From: an uncultured Gammaproteobacteria bacterium
Lineage (GTDB): Bacteria > Patescibacteriota > Microgenomatia > PFEM01 > DATLAM01
Reading direction: 5' to 3'
Assembly: GCA_964566925.1 (NCBI GenBank)
Contig: CAZMIZ010000002.1
Span: forward strand, 72,647 to 136,646
DNA length: 64,000 bases
Below are positions 44,834 to 55,061 of this stretch, piece by piece; position 1 is the stretch's first letter, and every line of letters begins with the position of its first letter. The notes beneath the pieces were generated by a model, which did not search any database, was not told where the DNA came from, and saw only the letters and a list, made by a program, of their open reading frames with translations. The translations under genes were made by a program, and so were the position numbers.

Positions 44834-45667
44834 ATGCGTGGTTTTTTAAAGTCAATTTTGCATTCAGGCCCCACCAAAGAACATGGACAGAGATTGGCTG
44901 TTACTCAACCTTTTGATGTCGAAGTCGAGAGATTAGGTTATGAGGAGACACTCCTTCTTGCAAGACACCTGATGACTTTAGCCCGCCGACGCCGTTGCGC
45001 CACCAACCATTTAGGCGAATACGCAACAAGAGAAAGAGGCTTAAACTGGCAATTAGAAGGCTGGTATTACATAAACGGATTCACTGATGCCGATGATGCC
45101 CATAGCAAGATGCTAGATGATCTAGAAGCAATCGCTCAAGACCCAGATCAAACAAGCAGAACTATTAAAGAAAGAGTCATTTTAACTAATTATTTTTCAG
45201 AGAGAGGCGAATTGGAGGACTGTTATTCTTATGGAGAAATCAATCCATTTATTTTTGAAACCGAAGGCAGGATTGTTGGTTTACGGGATACGCTATTCGA
45301 CCAAATGGATTTTCCTTCGAGGGTCTCTACAATAGTTTCATTTGATCCAGAAATTAGAGGCCACAAACATCAAATCCGATATTTCCGTTCATTACTTGTA
45401 GCTTATTCTCTAGCTCATATTTTGAACGATAGAGGAATTGAAAGCGATCCAATAACAATTTTTCTTCAGGATGAGCGTGCTTTAGCAAATGGATGGCTAG
45501 CTGTTGCCCAACGGATGAAAAGTTTTTCCATTACACCAGATGGATTACCTCCTGATGAGAACTTTCTTTACGACCATGGCAAGGTTTCTGAGTCCGCAAT
45601 GCTTTTTAATGGTTATTGTCATTTATCTGAAGCAGTTCTTGGATTAAGAAGTTGGAGTGATTTCTGA
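44834..45667 (+). CDS. Hypothetical protein (277 aa from the ATG at 44834); apparently leaderless
   Basis: A TATAAT box at 44822-44827 lies 6 nt before the ATG with no SD. The track ORF starts at an upstream TTG (44798). No family recognised. Confidence 0.4.
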   Translation: MRGFLKSILHSGPTKEHGQRLAVTQPFDVEVERLGYEETLLLARHLMTLARRRRCATNHLGEYATRERGLNWQLEGWYYINGFTDADDAHSKMLDDLEAIAQDPDQTSRTIKERVILTNYFSERGELEDCYSYGEINPFIFETEGRIVGLRDTLFDQMDFPSRVSTIVSFDPEIRGHKHQIRYFRSLLVAYSLAHILNDRGIESDPITIFLQDERALANGWLAVAQRMKSFSITPDGLPPDENFLYDHGKVSESAMLFNGYCHLSEAVLGLRSWSDF

Positions 45668-45803
45668 TAAACTATTCTTGGAGAGTAGTTTTTTTAACCG
45701 AACCCTCTATATCTACAGCTCAACACTCAAAGTGTATCAGCTAAAAGCTCAATAAAGCAAATGAAACAGCATAAAAAAGGAAATGTGAAATAGCTTGATA
45801 TAT

Positions 45804-46340
45804 TTAAAATCCGAATCCTAAAGTTATACTGCCTCCAGCTTTAGTACCTCTGAAATCAATATTCGCCATGATTCCTTCCCGCTTCATGTCTATATATCGA
45901 AATTCAGCAATATTGGGCGTTGGGTTAACGATTGGTTGATCTGCTAAAATTTGCGTTAAAGCAATCATAAAATCCATCCATTCACTGTCACTTTTACAAA
46001 ACTTACTGGGCAAATCGTACTTTTCTAAAAGTTTTATTAGTTCTTCTCTGAATTCGGGCAACAGAAGAAAATCAATATTTCCACCTTTGGGGTATATATC
46101 TATTGATTTTTCAATCTTGGTCATAATTGTTTTCATTGCAGGAGTAATATGGTCTTTTCTAGTATGAACGGCCCAATCAGCGTGGAAGCGAACTAAAAAA
46201 TAAGTAACTGACTTGTTTTGCTCTTTTTCTCTATCGAGAAGTTTTCTTAACTCAACTAACAAATAGACCACCTCGCATTCTTCTTTCATTGGATGTTCGG
46301 TAAGAAATTTTTTTAACTTTTCAATTATTTGTACTTTCAT
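45804..46340 (-). CDS. Hypothetical protein (178 aa), last gene of the Shedu-like operon
   Basis: Clean ORF, AT-rich, no motif. Confidence 0.4.
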   Translation of the reverse strand: MKVQIIEKLKKFLTEHPMKEECEVVYLLVELRKLLDREKEQNKSVTYFLVRFHADWAVHTRKDHITPAMKTIMTKIEKSIDIYPKGGNIDFLLLPEFREELIKLLEKYDLPSKFCKSDSEWMDFMIALTQILADQPIVNPTPNIAEFRYIDMKREGIMANIDFRGTKAGGSITLGFGF

Positions 46341-46352
46341 GATTAAGACTTT

Positions 46353-47162
46353 TTATCGCTTCAGATATCTATTAAACCAATTCTCGATTAGAAGATAAAC
46401 GCCTCGTCTTTTAGGTTTGAGATCATGCCCAGCTCCTTTTTCAATATCTGTTTCTTTACCTCCTTTTTTGGCATAGTAAAAGGACCACATTTCTGATATA
46501 GGAACCTTATCGTCTTTCTCGCCGTGAATAAACAATATTGGGCAAGAGATTTTCTTCATAGATGCCAATAAATCATATTGCTCTAAATCTTGCCAGAAAA
46601 TTGGCTTTACTCTGGTAATATTTCCACCTGATCGTTTTCGTGACGATATACCATTGGGGTTGAAATCCTCCTTAAATAGTTCTTTCATCAGTTCATGGGG
46701 ATGTGCGATTGAACCCATTAAAATAATGGCGTTAACATTTGGTTCTAGAGCAACGGTGACAGAAGTTCCAAAAGATTGGGCCAGTATGCCTATTTTATTT
46801 TTGTCGACTTTAGGATGCTTTCTAACAAAATCTAACATGATTCCGAGGTCTGACACGAGCTTTGATAATGAAGTTTCGCTGTAATCACCTTCACTATCTC
46901 CACATCCAGAAAAGTCAAATTTGAATACAAGAAACCCGGCAGATGATAGTTTGAGGGCAATATCAGTAAACATCCCCCCTTCGGTTCTCTCAACGCCAAA
47001 ACCGTGCACCAAAAGAACAGCTGGGTTTTTTTCTTGAGATCTCTCAGGAAAAGTTATATCACCATGTAAATATTCTCCTTTTTTGTTGTTTAATCCTACC
47101 AATTCTTCTTTTATTTCCAGTCTTTGATTATTCATATTTATTTTCGAAATTGGCTCGGCCAC
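46353..47162 (-). CDS. Alpha/beta-hydrolase fold protein
   Basis: HGFG oxyanion region LLVHGFGVERTEG. Nucleophile elbow GILAQSFGTSV (G-x-S-x-G). C-terminal His in KGAGHDL. Confidence 0.6.
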   Translation of the reverse strand: MAEPISKINMNNQRLEIKEELVGLNNKKGEYLHGDITFPERSQEKNPAVLLVHGFGVERTEGGMFTDIALKLSSAGFLVFKFDFSGCGDSEGDYSETSLSKLVSDLGIMLDFVRKHPKVDKNKIGILAQSFGTSVTVALEPNVNAIILMGSIAHPHELMKELFKEDFNPNGISSRKRSGGNITRVKPIFWQDLEQYDLLASMKKISCPILFIHGEKDDKVPISEMWSFYYAKKGGKETDIEKGAGHDLKPKRRGVYLLIENWFNRYLKR

Positions 47163-47494
47163 TGCCGATTCTGAAAAGCCCGGATGCGGTGTGTTAATCT
47201 CTCTCTTTCCTTTTTGAGATATTCAACTTGATTAGAAGTAAAACGTCCTGGGAATTTTTCACTATACGCAAGTTCCAGGTCTATTAAAATTCTACTCTCT
47301 CTATCAAAAGCCAAAGCCATCTTAAAAATGTCTGTTGGTTTAATTGGCTCTCCCGGGATCAACTCCTTGGCGTTAAACTTTTCTGACCGCTGATGAGCAA
47401 CCCGGAAATCTTTTAATATATTTTTGATTTTCTGATCAATTTTGTCGTTCACTTTCTGGTTTAGGAATGATGTTTTTAATATATTCATCGGCAA
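47138..47494 (-). CDS. Hypothetical protein (118 aa)
   Basis: Overlaps the upstream gene by 59 nt and the downstream gene by 25 nt, so it is likely co-transcribed. No motif. Confidence 0.35.
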   Translation of the reverse strand: MPMNILKTSFLNQKVNDKIDQKIKNILKDFRVAHQRSEKFNAKELIPGEPIKPTDIFKMALAFDRESRILIDLELAYSEKFPGRFTSNQVEYLKKERERLTHRIRAFQNRQWPSQFRK

Positions 47495-48830
47495 TATTAA
47501 TTATCTCGTCAAATGTCAAAATCTCAATGCTGTGTAAACTGTTTCTTAGCTTAGTAAAGTCTCTTTTAAGTTTTTCATTTTCTCCTATATGTGTTGTAAG
47601 CCTTCTTTCGGACGAAATTACAATAATTCCCCTTGGGTGATAGAGATTTTCTTCGTCTACGAAATTCGTGATTTTTTGCTGATCTTCTGGATTTTTAAAG
47701 CGTTCTTGTACAATTGCATCCATGTAATTTGTTGTCTGAACGATTGCCTTGCTCATCTCTGGCGAAAAATAGAAGTTCTGATGGCTGTTATCCCACATTA
47801 ACGCATTTTTAAGGTGTGTTTTAATTTCAATAACATCTAGGCCATTATAATGATTTATACCAATAAAGTCTGGATATTTCTTATCGCCTACCACGTCTTT
47901 TAATTCAACTTTGGGGAAGATTTTTTTATAAGTAAATATTAAATAAAGAAGATACTTTTCAAAATATTTTTGCCATACACTTTCTAATTGCCCGGCAGAT
48001 TCTATTTCCAAAGCCTGCGTTACTTGACGCCCAGATTTTGTTGATAAATTTGTGCTACCCAAAGACAATATTTTTCGCCCCAACGCGATAATATCTCGCA
48101 GCCTTTCTTTTATAAAATAATCATTGAGCACCTGTAAAAAACTATCTGATAAAACTTCATTTTTTAGAAGCAAGCGTAATAGATCTTCTACAGATGTCAG
48201 ATCGTCCCGATCAAGATATTTGGTAAAATCGCTCTTTGCTTTTTTTGTTTTAAGATAAAGACGGTCTACTAGGAATTTAAACTCGCCGGCCTCAATGTAT
48301 GTTGTTCTTCTTCTGACGTTTTTGTTATATTTACGAGATTTAATATTTGAAAGATAATTCTCTGTAGAGTTTCTATAAGATAATCCTTTTTCAAAAACGT
48401 TTTTAGCATCAGTCATGATGTCTGAAAATAAATTTAAGGGAATTATCAAGGTATCTTTATAAAATCTCATTGCTTTTGAGTTTTTGCTCAGTTTGGTTCT
48501 CTTAACACCTTTGTTTAACGGATTGACTATTTTTTTAAACTGCCTTTCATTTACCAACTTATAACTTCCTGTACGTCGGAACTGTAGAAATTTTCTAATA
48601 TCAAAGTCTTTTGGAAAAACTATCTCGGAAAATCTTTCTCTCTGGCCATATTCTCTTTTCTCAGGATTGTAATACCAAAAACTAAGGTGGAATTCGCCGC
48701 GCTTGATGCTTAGGATTTCTCCCTTAGGGCACTTAAGTTGTTGTCTCCCTTCATTTAAAACTAAATCTGGCCAGCGTGCACCAATTAAAGTATCTGAAAT
48801 ATATTTTGCTAATGTTTTCCTTCTTGGCAT
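47436..48830 (-). CDS. Putative PD-(D/E)xK nuclease, Shedu (DUF4263)-like C-terminal domain
   Basis: C-terminal KYPDFIGINHYNGLDVIEIKTHLK gives D...(D)-x-I-E-I-K, i.e. a PD-(D/E)xK core. It is followed by RGIIVISSERR. The N-terminal 250 aa are basic with no motif. The family call rests on motif memory only. Confidence 0.35.
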   Translation of the reverse strand: MPRRKTLAKYISDTLIGARWPDLVLNEGRQQLKCPKGEILSIKRGEFHLSFWYYNPEKREYGQRERFSEIVFPKDFDIRKFLQFRRTGSYKLVNERQFKKIVNPLNKGVKRTKLSKNSKAMRFYKDTLIIPLNLFSDIMTDAKNVFEKGLSYRNSTENYLSNIKSRKYNKNVRRRTTYIEAGEFKFLVDRLYLKTKKAKSDFTKYLDRDDLTSVEDLLRLLLKNEVLSDSFLQVLNDYFIKERLRDIIALGRKILSLGSTNLSTKSGRQVTQALEIESAGQLESVWQKYFEKYLLYLIFTYKKIFPKVELKDVVGDKKYPDFIGINHYNGLDVIEIKTHLKNALMWDNSHQNFYFSPEMSKAIVQTTNYMDAIVQERFKNPEDQQKITNFVDEENLYHPRGIIVISSERRLTTHIGENEKLKRDFTKLRNSLHSIEILTFDEIINIADEYIKNIIPKPESERQN

Positions 48831-48976
48831 ATTTTTAATAAGACCACGGGTTGTAAATTGGCTCTAATTGTATTATATCTGTCTTGTGGTTACTTATCAT
48901 TTTATTATCTTCATTAAGTCTTTAAATTCTTGAGTAGCTTTATCGGACAAGGTCATGTTTGTTTTTCTTCTTGCAA

Positions 48977-49909
48977 TCAAATATTCTTTGGATAACTTTG
49001 GGAGAATTTGGATAAAAGTCTGCTGATTAAGTCATTCTTCAAATCATTTTCTCGATAGTATTTATCCGCCTCGACCATTTGTTCATAAGCTGAATCCTTG
49101 TATTCCAGCATTTCATTCTCCGGATCATCAAGAATGTTTTTGTGCCAGTTGGTAACCACCTCATTAAAATCAATCTCCGAGCCTCTCTCGCCAATAGCGT
49201 CAAGTTGCTGGCCAACAGCTTCGTCGTAAGCTCCGGAGGCATAGTTCTCCGGATCGGTGATAATCTCGTAGAAGTCGATTATATTATTAGAGTAGAGGAT
49301 AACATAATCTCTTAATCCTTCATCTATTATCTTGTCTTGATAGAGACCCTCTGCCTGGGCGATGATGCTTGGGGCAACGTCATAAGCGTCGGTCATGTCT
49401 TGGAAGCGCTCCTCATCGCTTTTCTCCTCGCCCAAGCCGGCAAACTTGGCATTGGCGGTATCAAGCTGCTGGACCAAGCGAAAACCCTGATGCTCCTTTT
49501 TCTTTAATTCAATGAAAACTGCCAGCGATTTTTGATAGTTCTCAAAAGCAGGTTTTTTCAATTCCTGATATTTTTTGTATCTGGCCGGCAAAAAGGGGAT
49601 CTTATCCTGCCGGTTAACGAAAACCTGATAAGAATCAACTAATTTTTGGGCAAACTTCAAACCTTCCTCAATATCTTCCGGGATTTTATTCATCTTCTCC
49701 TGGTCAGAGATGAAAGCGCTTTCCTCTCCGGTCCTGATGGCAATCAAGTAGTCAATTTGATCCCGGACTTCTTCGGTGAGCAGATAGTGGGCCCTTGCCC
49801 GCCACTCAAACTCGTTGTAAACAAAAGCAGGGATGTTTTGATTGAAGATAACTACTAAAGCAACGACTAAAACCGCCAGACCCAGAAGAATCTTCTTTAG
49901 AATTTTCAC
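48977..49909 (-). CDS. N-terminally membrane-anchored hypothetical protein (310 aa), last gene of the Type IIG-led operon
   Basis: TM LLGLAVLVVALVVIF. Acidic C-terminal region. Start overlaps the stop of the Cas4-like gene by 4 nt. Confidence 0.4.
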   Translation of the reverse strand: MKILKKILLGLAVLVVALVVIFNQNIPAFVYNEFEWRARAHYLLTEEVRDQIDYLIAIRTGEESAFISDQEKMNKIPEDIEEGLKFAQKLVDSYQVFVNRQDKIPFLPARYKKYQELKKPAFENYQKSLAVFIELKKKEHQGFRLVQQLDTANAKFAGLGEEKSDEERFQDMTDAYDVAPSIIAQAEGLYQDKIIDEGLRDYVILYSNNIIDFYEIITDPENYASGAYDEAVGQQLDAIGERGSEIDFNEVVTNWHKNILDDPENEMLEYKDSAYEQMVEADKYYRENDLKNDLISRLLSKFSQSYPKNI

Positions 49910-50664
49910 CTTTCTTCTTTGCTAATCAATCTTCTATAAGCACAATATTCACAGTTCTCACTGGCAGAGGGGATTTTGTCGGAATCCAGACATTTCTTCA
50001 TGGCAAAAATAGCTGGCTCTACCCAGGAATCATCACCATTGTGAGCAATAATTTGCAACTCAAACTCTAACCGGGCGTCAAACTTGGGTCTATTTTTACC
50101 GGCATTGGCAAAAATAAAATAGCCGGTGTTGGAGACTTTAAAACCGCTCTGCTTGAAAATCCATTGATAAACCTCCATCTGTTTTTTATAGTTTTGTTTG
50201 TATTCATCCTCAAGCGAAATCTCCTGGGAAGTGCTAGTGGCTTTGTAGTCAACAATCAACAACTCTTCTTTTTTGTTTATCCAGAGATCATCCACGGCTC
50301 CAAAGACTAAAAAATTAGTCCCTTCATGAAGATACTGCTTGCCAACAAAATTATTCCGCCACTCCTCAATATCCGGATGAGAAAAGGGCACGGCGTCAAT
50401 CTGGTACTGCTTCATTAATTGATGCTGTTCACCATTTTTACGAAGAAGATCAAACTCGTTTTTCAAAAGCTGGTCCACGGCTGAGTTTAAAGCCCATCCT
50501 GGCATGCTGGGACGGCCCAAGCCTAAACGGCGGTCAAGATAAAAACAACGCGGACATTCCAAGAATAAATCAATCTTGCTCCGACTGATTTTAAAAGGCA
50601 CCTTCTGTCCAGGTTGATAAAGACCTCTCTGGCGTTTTTGGTATTTGTTCATATTAAGATACAA
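49906..50664 (-). CDS. Cas4/RecB-like PD-(D/E)xK nuclease with Fe-S cysteine cluster (PDDEXK_1-like)
   Basis: N-terminal CPRCFY. Motif II GAVDDLW. Motif III LIVDYKAT (D-x-K). QxxxY appears in KQMEVYQ. C-terminal C-x12-C-x2-C (CLDSDKIPSASENCEYC). Confidence 0.55.
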   Translation of the reverse strand: MYLNMNKYQKRQRGLYQPGQKVPFKISRSKIDLFLECPRCFYLDRRLGLGRPSMPGWALNSAVDQLLKNEFDLLRKNGEQHQLMKQYQIDAVPFSHPDIEEWRNNFVGKQYLHEGTNFLVFGAVDDLWINKKEELLIVDYKATSTSQEISLEDEYKQNYKKQMEVYQWIFKQSGFKVSNTGYFIFANAGKNRPKFDARLEFELQIIAHNGDDSWVEPAIFAMKKCLDSDKIPSASENCEYCAYRRLISKEER

Positions 50665-50673
50665 AGTTTACTT

Positions 50674-53600
50674 TTACTGTCTCAACCATTCTTGTTTATC
50701 GTCTAAGAAATTAGGATTACGTTCAATAAGTTTATTAAAAATTCTTGCCACTTGTTTGTTGCTCTTAGGTAGCTTTTTGAGGGGACCTATCGCGTCTGCG
50801 AGATCATTTGCTATTAAAACTTCTATTGGATAATCAGCTAAAAACTCAAACCATTTTAAATATTCCGTGGTTCCTTTGTGCTTAGCAACCGCAAGTAAAA
50901 TCTTTCCGTTATAGAAAAACGGCCACCAGTAAACGTTGGGAACATTTTCTTTGTCTTTTGCCGCTTCAATTAAAAACGGCTTTTCAACTTCAAGGCATTT
51001 CGTCCAAAGTTTAAAACAATCTTCAAAATAAGAATCGATGTAATCTTCAATAAATCTGTAAATATTCTCAAAAACCCGGTGCTCGTATTTATTTATTAAA
51101 ATTTTAAAGTAAGAAACCGCTAAGGCAACCGCTTCATCAACTGTCATCTGACTTTTTTCTTTAGGAGTCTTGCTTATTTCGTCCGTTAACCTATTGAATT
51201 GCCAAGACAAATCTGACTTGACTTCAGACGAACCATTTTTCAGCAAATCCACCAAGAGGGCTTTGAATGGTTTACTATCAAACTTTGTGATATCACCCCA
51301 AGGCCAGTTTTTAAAAGACTTACTCCTAAATTCGGCAAAAAATATGTATAAAGGCGATGCTTCCTGCATCACTTCATCAAAGCCAGTGTTTTTGAAAGTT
51401 TTAAGGACAAGCATTGCCCGTTTTTCATCCAGATTTCTCATGTATGTAAAAACCGTCGCCAAGTGCTTCATTACTACCTTAAGTTTGTGATTTTCTTTAT
51501 CCTTAAGCATAGCAAAAGCGATGCCTTCAATTTGTTCAGCTACTCTCATTGGCAAAAACCTTTCCTTGCTGTCTTCTGATAAAAACGTATGTCTATTTTT
51601 TACGAGTTCTATAAGAGGAATGCATGCCTGCACGCGTACATAGTAATTTGGGTCTTTTGATAGCTGTTTAACTAGAGGTAGTATTTCGGCAATATAATCT
51701 CGGCCATAGCGGATACAGAATTTTTGTAAAACCCAGGCGCAATAACCACGAACCGTGTTAAGTGTCGGATTATCATCACCCTCTATGACTTTTTGATGAA
51801 AATTAAAATCACCTTTTGGATCATCTGGATAGTTTTTTAATATCGGGTCACTGTCGTTGATAAATATCTTGACTAGCCAAAGTGCTTCATCAAAGTAGCG
51901 GAGTTTGGCCAATTTTTCGGCAAATTGTACAAGAGACTCACGAGAGTATCTGTGGCTGAAACGCCGCTCTATCCTTTTGATATCACCTAATCCTTCTAGT
52001 GTTGGTTTCAAGAACTCCTTATATACCTTAAGTAGAATATCCTTTTTCTCATCAGGGATGTTATAAAGCCCGCCACTAATTATTATTTGTTGATTGACAG
52101 TAAGTGTTTTCGCTTTATCTATCACTTTTAGTAATCCAATACCGACCGCAGGCTTTTTTTCAATAACCCTGGCAACTGCCTTGGCCACATCATAAGCGTC
52201 AAAGGAGACCAATTTGTTTTTAAAATAATCTGTTGACAGATAAGACTCCAACAGCCCAACAGCCTTATCAAAATTATTTTCTAAAAGCAGTAAAATCCCA
52301 TCTGTTGGGCCATAAGAACCAATTACATGACGGGTATTATATTTTGGGTTTTGAATCCAACTCATGATTACATCTCCTGCTTTTTTGGCAAGTTTAGACG
52401 AAGGTTTTGAAGCAATATTAAAAACTATTTGTTCTACAAATACATTTGTTGGCAGATTATCGAATTCCTTAAGACTTGCATCCACTAATTTCCATTTCTG
52501 TTCATCTGTAAATTCATCGTTGTTTATTCCTTGGAAAATTAAATCATTTTTCCAGGGGATACCTTTACGCATCTTCACAAAAGTCTTCAAAATTTCGAAA
52601 ATTTCTTCACTGAACTCACCGCCTTTATATTCCTCGAGGAGAATAGGTAGTGTGGCGCGGTTCAAGAAATCAGGGTTTTTTCTACTCACGTCTTTAAGAG
52701 AAAGGCATTTCTTTACAATAAAATCCAGCCCCTTCTCTTTATCTGCCTCGTATAGTTTTTTTAGCGATGGGGTTAATATCTGGGTTACGAAGTAGCGGTC
52801 AGTAATTGAGAATAAACTTCCTGATTGTGAAATTCCGCTACCCATATGCTCCCAACCTTCAAACTTAAGTTTTTTACCGAATTTTCTGTAGAATTTGTCA
52901 TATTGTTCAACGCACCTTTTAGTAAACCAGGGTATTCGTATTTCGGGATTACTTGAAACATACTTTCCTAAGATTTTAAATATGCTGGGTGGGGTGTAAT
53001 GCCAAAATCTACCGTCATCCGCAACCAAATTAAAATTGCTAACGATATAGTCGATAACATCATGTTTAAGTCTTTTATTTTTGCTTTTGTTGTAGAGTTC
53101 CTCCAGTAATTCGGCTGTCTTTTCCCTTTCCCATGTATCATCTCTTCTTCTTTTTACGTAAAGAAATTTGTCAATGGAATGTTTATAGACTTGCTTTATT
53201 ACCTGGAATACTTGCCCTTCGAGCGCCCTGTTTAATTCCAATATTTTCCCACTCAATTTCACTATGTCGTATTTAATAAACTCTTCCCTAAAATAGTTGG
53301 TTGCTTCGCCGATTATACTAAGAATAAAGTTAAGCGCGAATTCTTGATTTTCCTTATTATGGATATTATTTTCAAATATTTTAAAAAGCTCTATGGAGAA
53401 AGCACTTTGGTAGGTAGCCTTCCAAAGATTTAGCCAATCAGATAATTTTAAATTTTTTTCGCCTTCCAATTTTTGTAGAGCGAAGTGGTGAATTGAAGGA
53501 TTTGCATAAAGCTTAACCAGTTCGTTATTAATATTTAGCTTTTTACTCCTTGATTTTATCGATTTGATTATTTTTCTAACTTCTTTCTCTTCGATTTGCT

Positions 53601-54258
53601 TAACTTTCTCGTAGTCATAGCCATCATCTTCTAATATTTGGGCTTTTTTACTTTCAAGTAATTTCAAAAAGTCATCTCTATTGAGAGTTTCACCTTTTTG
53701 AGATCCCTGATAGACCCTGTCTTCGACCAGGCTTTTGGTAATTTCTTGTAACCGATGTTCAGGTACCCAGAAAGCCTCAGGATAACTCAAAACTTTCGCC
53801 ATGAGAATTTCAACCGCTTGGCGGTTTATATCCTGGCTTACTTCCCAAAATCTAAGTTGAGGTAGTAACTTTAGGTGTTTATCTTCAAATTTATGTTTTT
53901 TACTTTTAAGTTTCTTTTTAATATCTTTTTCAAAATATTTGAAATTTTCAATCAATCCTTTTGCCTCTTTGTTTACCTTTTTACAGACTATTAGAATTTC
54001 ATCTTGATCTGCCACTTGGGCGTGTTTAATCACTTTATCAAGAATCTTTCTTATATCTGCTAGGTTTATATTTCCCGCTTTTGACTCGCAGATTATTTTT
54101 CTTCCGTCTTCAAAAACAAGGTGAAAATCCTCAAGCTTTTTGCCCTCAAAACCTATATACCTGAAATCTTTACGAGTAACGTACTGTAGAAACAATGACA
54201 TAGCCGCCCAATTTTGAGCATTTATACCTTTTTGTAGCCGTTGTCCTTGAGTTGTCAT
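50674..54258 (-). CDS. Giant hypothetical protein (1194 aa) with N-terminal restriction-endonuclease-like motif and long helical-repeat body
   Basis: The N-terminal 70 aa contain LEDFHLVFEDGRKIICESKAG, fitting D-x13-E-x-K. No Walker A, HKD or phosphatase motif was found in the rest, which is mostly predicted alpha-repeat. Start overlaps the AlbA_2 gene stop by 4 nt. Confidence 0.45.
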   Translation of the reverse strand: MTTQGQRLQKGINAQNWAAMSLFLQYVTRKDFRYIGFEGKKLEDFHLVFEDGRKIICESKAGNINLADIRKILDKVIKHAQVADQDEILIVCKKVNKEAKGLIENFKYFEKDIKKKLKSKKHKFEDKHLKLLPQLRFWEVSQDINRQAVEILMAKVLSYPEAFWVPEHRLQEITKSLVEDRVYQGSQKGETLNRDDFLKLLESKKAQILEDDGYDYEKVKQIEEKEVRKIIKSIKSRSKKLNINNELVKLYANPSIHHFALQKLEGEKNLKLSDWLNLWKATYQSAFSIELFKIFENNIHNKENQEFALNFILSIIGEATNYFREEFIKYDIVKLSGKILELNRALEGQVFQVIKQVYKHSIDKFLYVKRRRDDTWEREKTAELLEELYNKSKNKRLKHDVIDYIVSNFNLVADDGRFWHYTPPSIFKILGKYVSSNPEIRIPWFTKRCVEQYDKFYRKFGKKLKFEGWEHMGSGISQSGSLFSITDRYFVTQILTPSLKKLYEADKEKGLDFIVKKCLSLKDVSRKNPDFLNRATLPILLEEYKGGEFSEEIFEILKTFVKMRKGIPWKNDLIFQGINNDEFTDEQKWKLVDASLKEFDNLPTNVFVEQIVFNIASKPSSKLAKKAGDVIMSWIQNPKYNTRHVIGSYGPTDGILLLLENNFDKAVGLLESYLSTDYFKNKLVSFDAYDVAKAVARVIEKKPAVGIGLLKVIDKAKTLTVNQQIIISGGLYNIPDEKKDILLKVYKEFLKPTLEGLGDIKRIERRFSHRYSRESLVQFAEKLAKLRYFDEALWLVKIFINDSDPILKNYPDDPKGDFNFHQKVIEGDDNPTLNTVRGYCAWVLQKFCIRYGRDYIAEILPLVKQLSKDPNYYVRVQACIPLIELVKNRHTFLSEDSKERFLPMRVAEQIEGIAFAMLKDKENHKLKVVMKHLATVFTYMRNLDEKRAMLVLKTFKNTGFDEVMQEASPLYIFFAEFRSKSFKNWPWGDITKFDSKPFKALLVDLLKNGSSEVKSDLSWQFNRLTDEISKTPKEKSQMTVDEAVALAVSYFKILINKYEHRVFENIYRFIEDYIDSYFEDCFKLWTKCLEVEKPFLIEAAKDKENVPNVYWWPFFYNGKILLAVAKHKGTTEYLKWFEFLADYPIEVLIANDLADAIGPLKKLPKSNKQVARIFNKLIERNPNFLDDKQEWLRQ

Positions 54259-55061
54259 AAGTTATGAATATCTTTAAAATTTTTAATAAAATCCTCGACT
54301 AGTGTTTCAAGATCATTGTGTAAACTATTTAGTCTTTCGTTATCGGTCGCACTAACAGATTCTCCGTAAGTCGCTCCTGCGCTAAAAATATTTCTAATAG
54401 CCTCATATAAACGGATAACTTTTCTCAATTTATCAAGTAGGTCGTTGAAGTCTTCACTATCCGCAAGTCTGTTTTCCAGATAACCCCTCAGCTGCAGAAA
54501 ATACATAAAATCGATGGCGTCTGGATTTAACTTGCATTGTTTTATCTTGTCTAACTCGTTCTCTAATTGATAGATGTGACTGGGGGAAAATTTATCTACT
54601 AAAAACAATTTTCTTAAAATGCTACCATCTTCTATTGGATCGCAAGTACCATTTCCTCTAACATAAACCTTCTTATCAGTTATATGCGGTCTATCAAAAT
54701 AAAGGGAAGGGTATATATACAAAAGATAAACATATTTGCTTTTTTGGGGCAACTTAATTTCATTTATATCCCAACTTTTGATAGGGATTGGGGGACCTAT
54801 ACCATTTTTAATTTTTCTGTTTACTTTTGTTTTCAGTTCTGTATCCCTATCTATACCTACTATTTTTATGTCATTATTTATTCCGTGCAAAATAAATCCA
54901 CCATTAGTGTTTGCAAAAGAACAAAATATCCTCCGTATTCTCTCCGTGTCTCCCAAAGAAATTCCTTTGAAGTCGTGATACCAGCCCTCCAAAACATTTG
55001 CACCATTTACAAATGATTTGATTTCACTAAACCCCCACGTTTTAACCTGGTCTATATTCAT
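54255..55061 (-). CDS. AlbA_2 (Schlafen-like, PF04326-type) domain protein
   Basis: RIRRIFCSFANTNGGFILHGINNDIKIVGI matches the AlbA_2 core a-f-A-N-t-x-G-G-x-l-x-x-G-V-x-D-x-x-x-i-v-G. 268 aa. Confidence 0.5.
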   Translation of the reverse strand: MNIDQVKTWGFSEIKSFVNGANVLEGWYHDFKGISLGDTERIRRIFCSFANTNGGFILHGINNDIKIVGIDRDTELKTKVNRKIKNGIGPPIPIKSWDINEIKLPQKSKYVYLLYIYPSLYFDRPHITDKKVYVRGNGTCDPIEDGSILRKLFLVDKFSPSHIYQLENELDKIKQCKLNPDAIDFMYFLQLRGYLENRLADSEDFNDLLDKLRKVIRLYEAIRNIFSAGATYGESVSATDNERLNSLHNDLETLVEDFIKNFKDIHNL

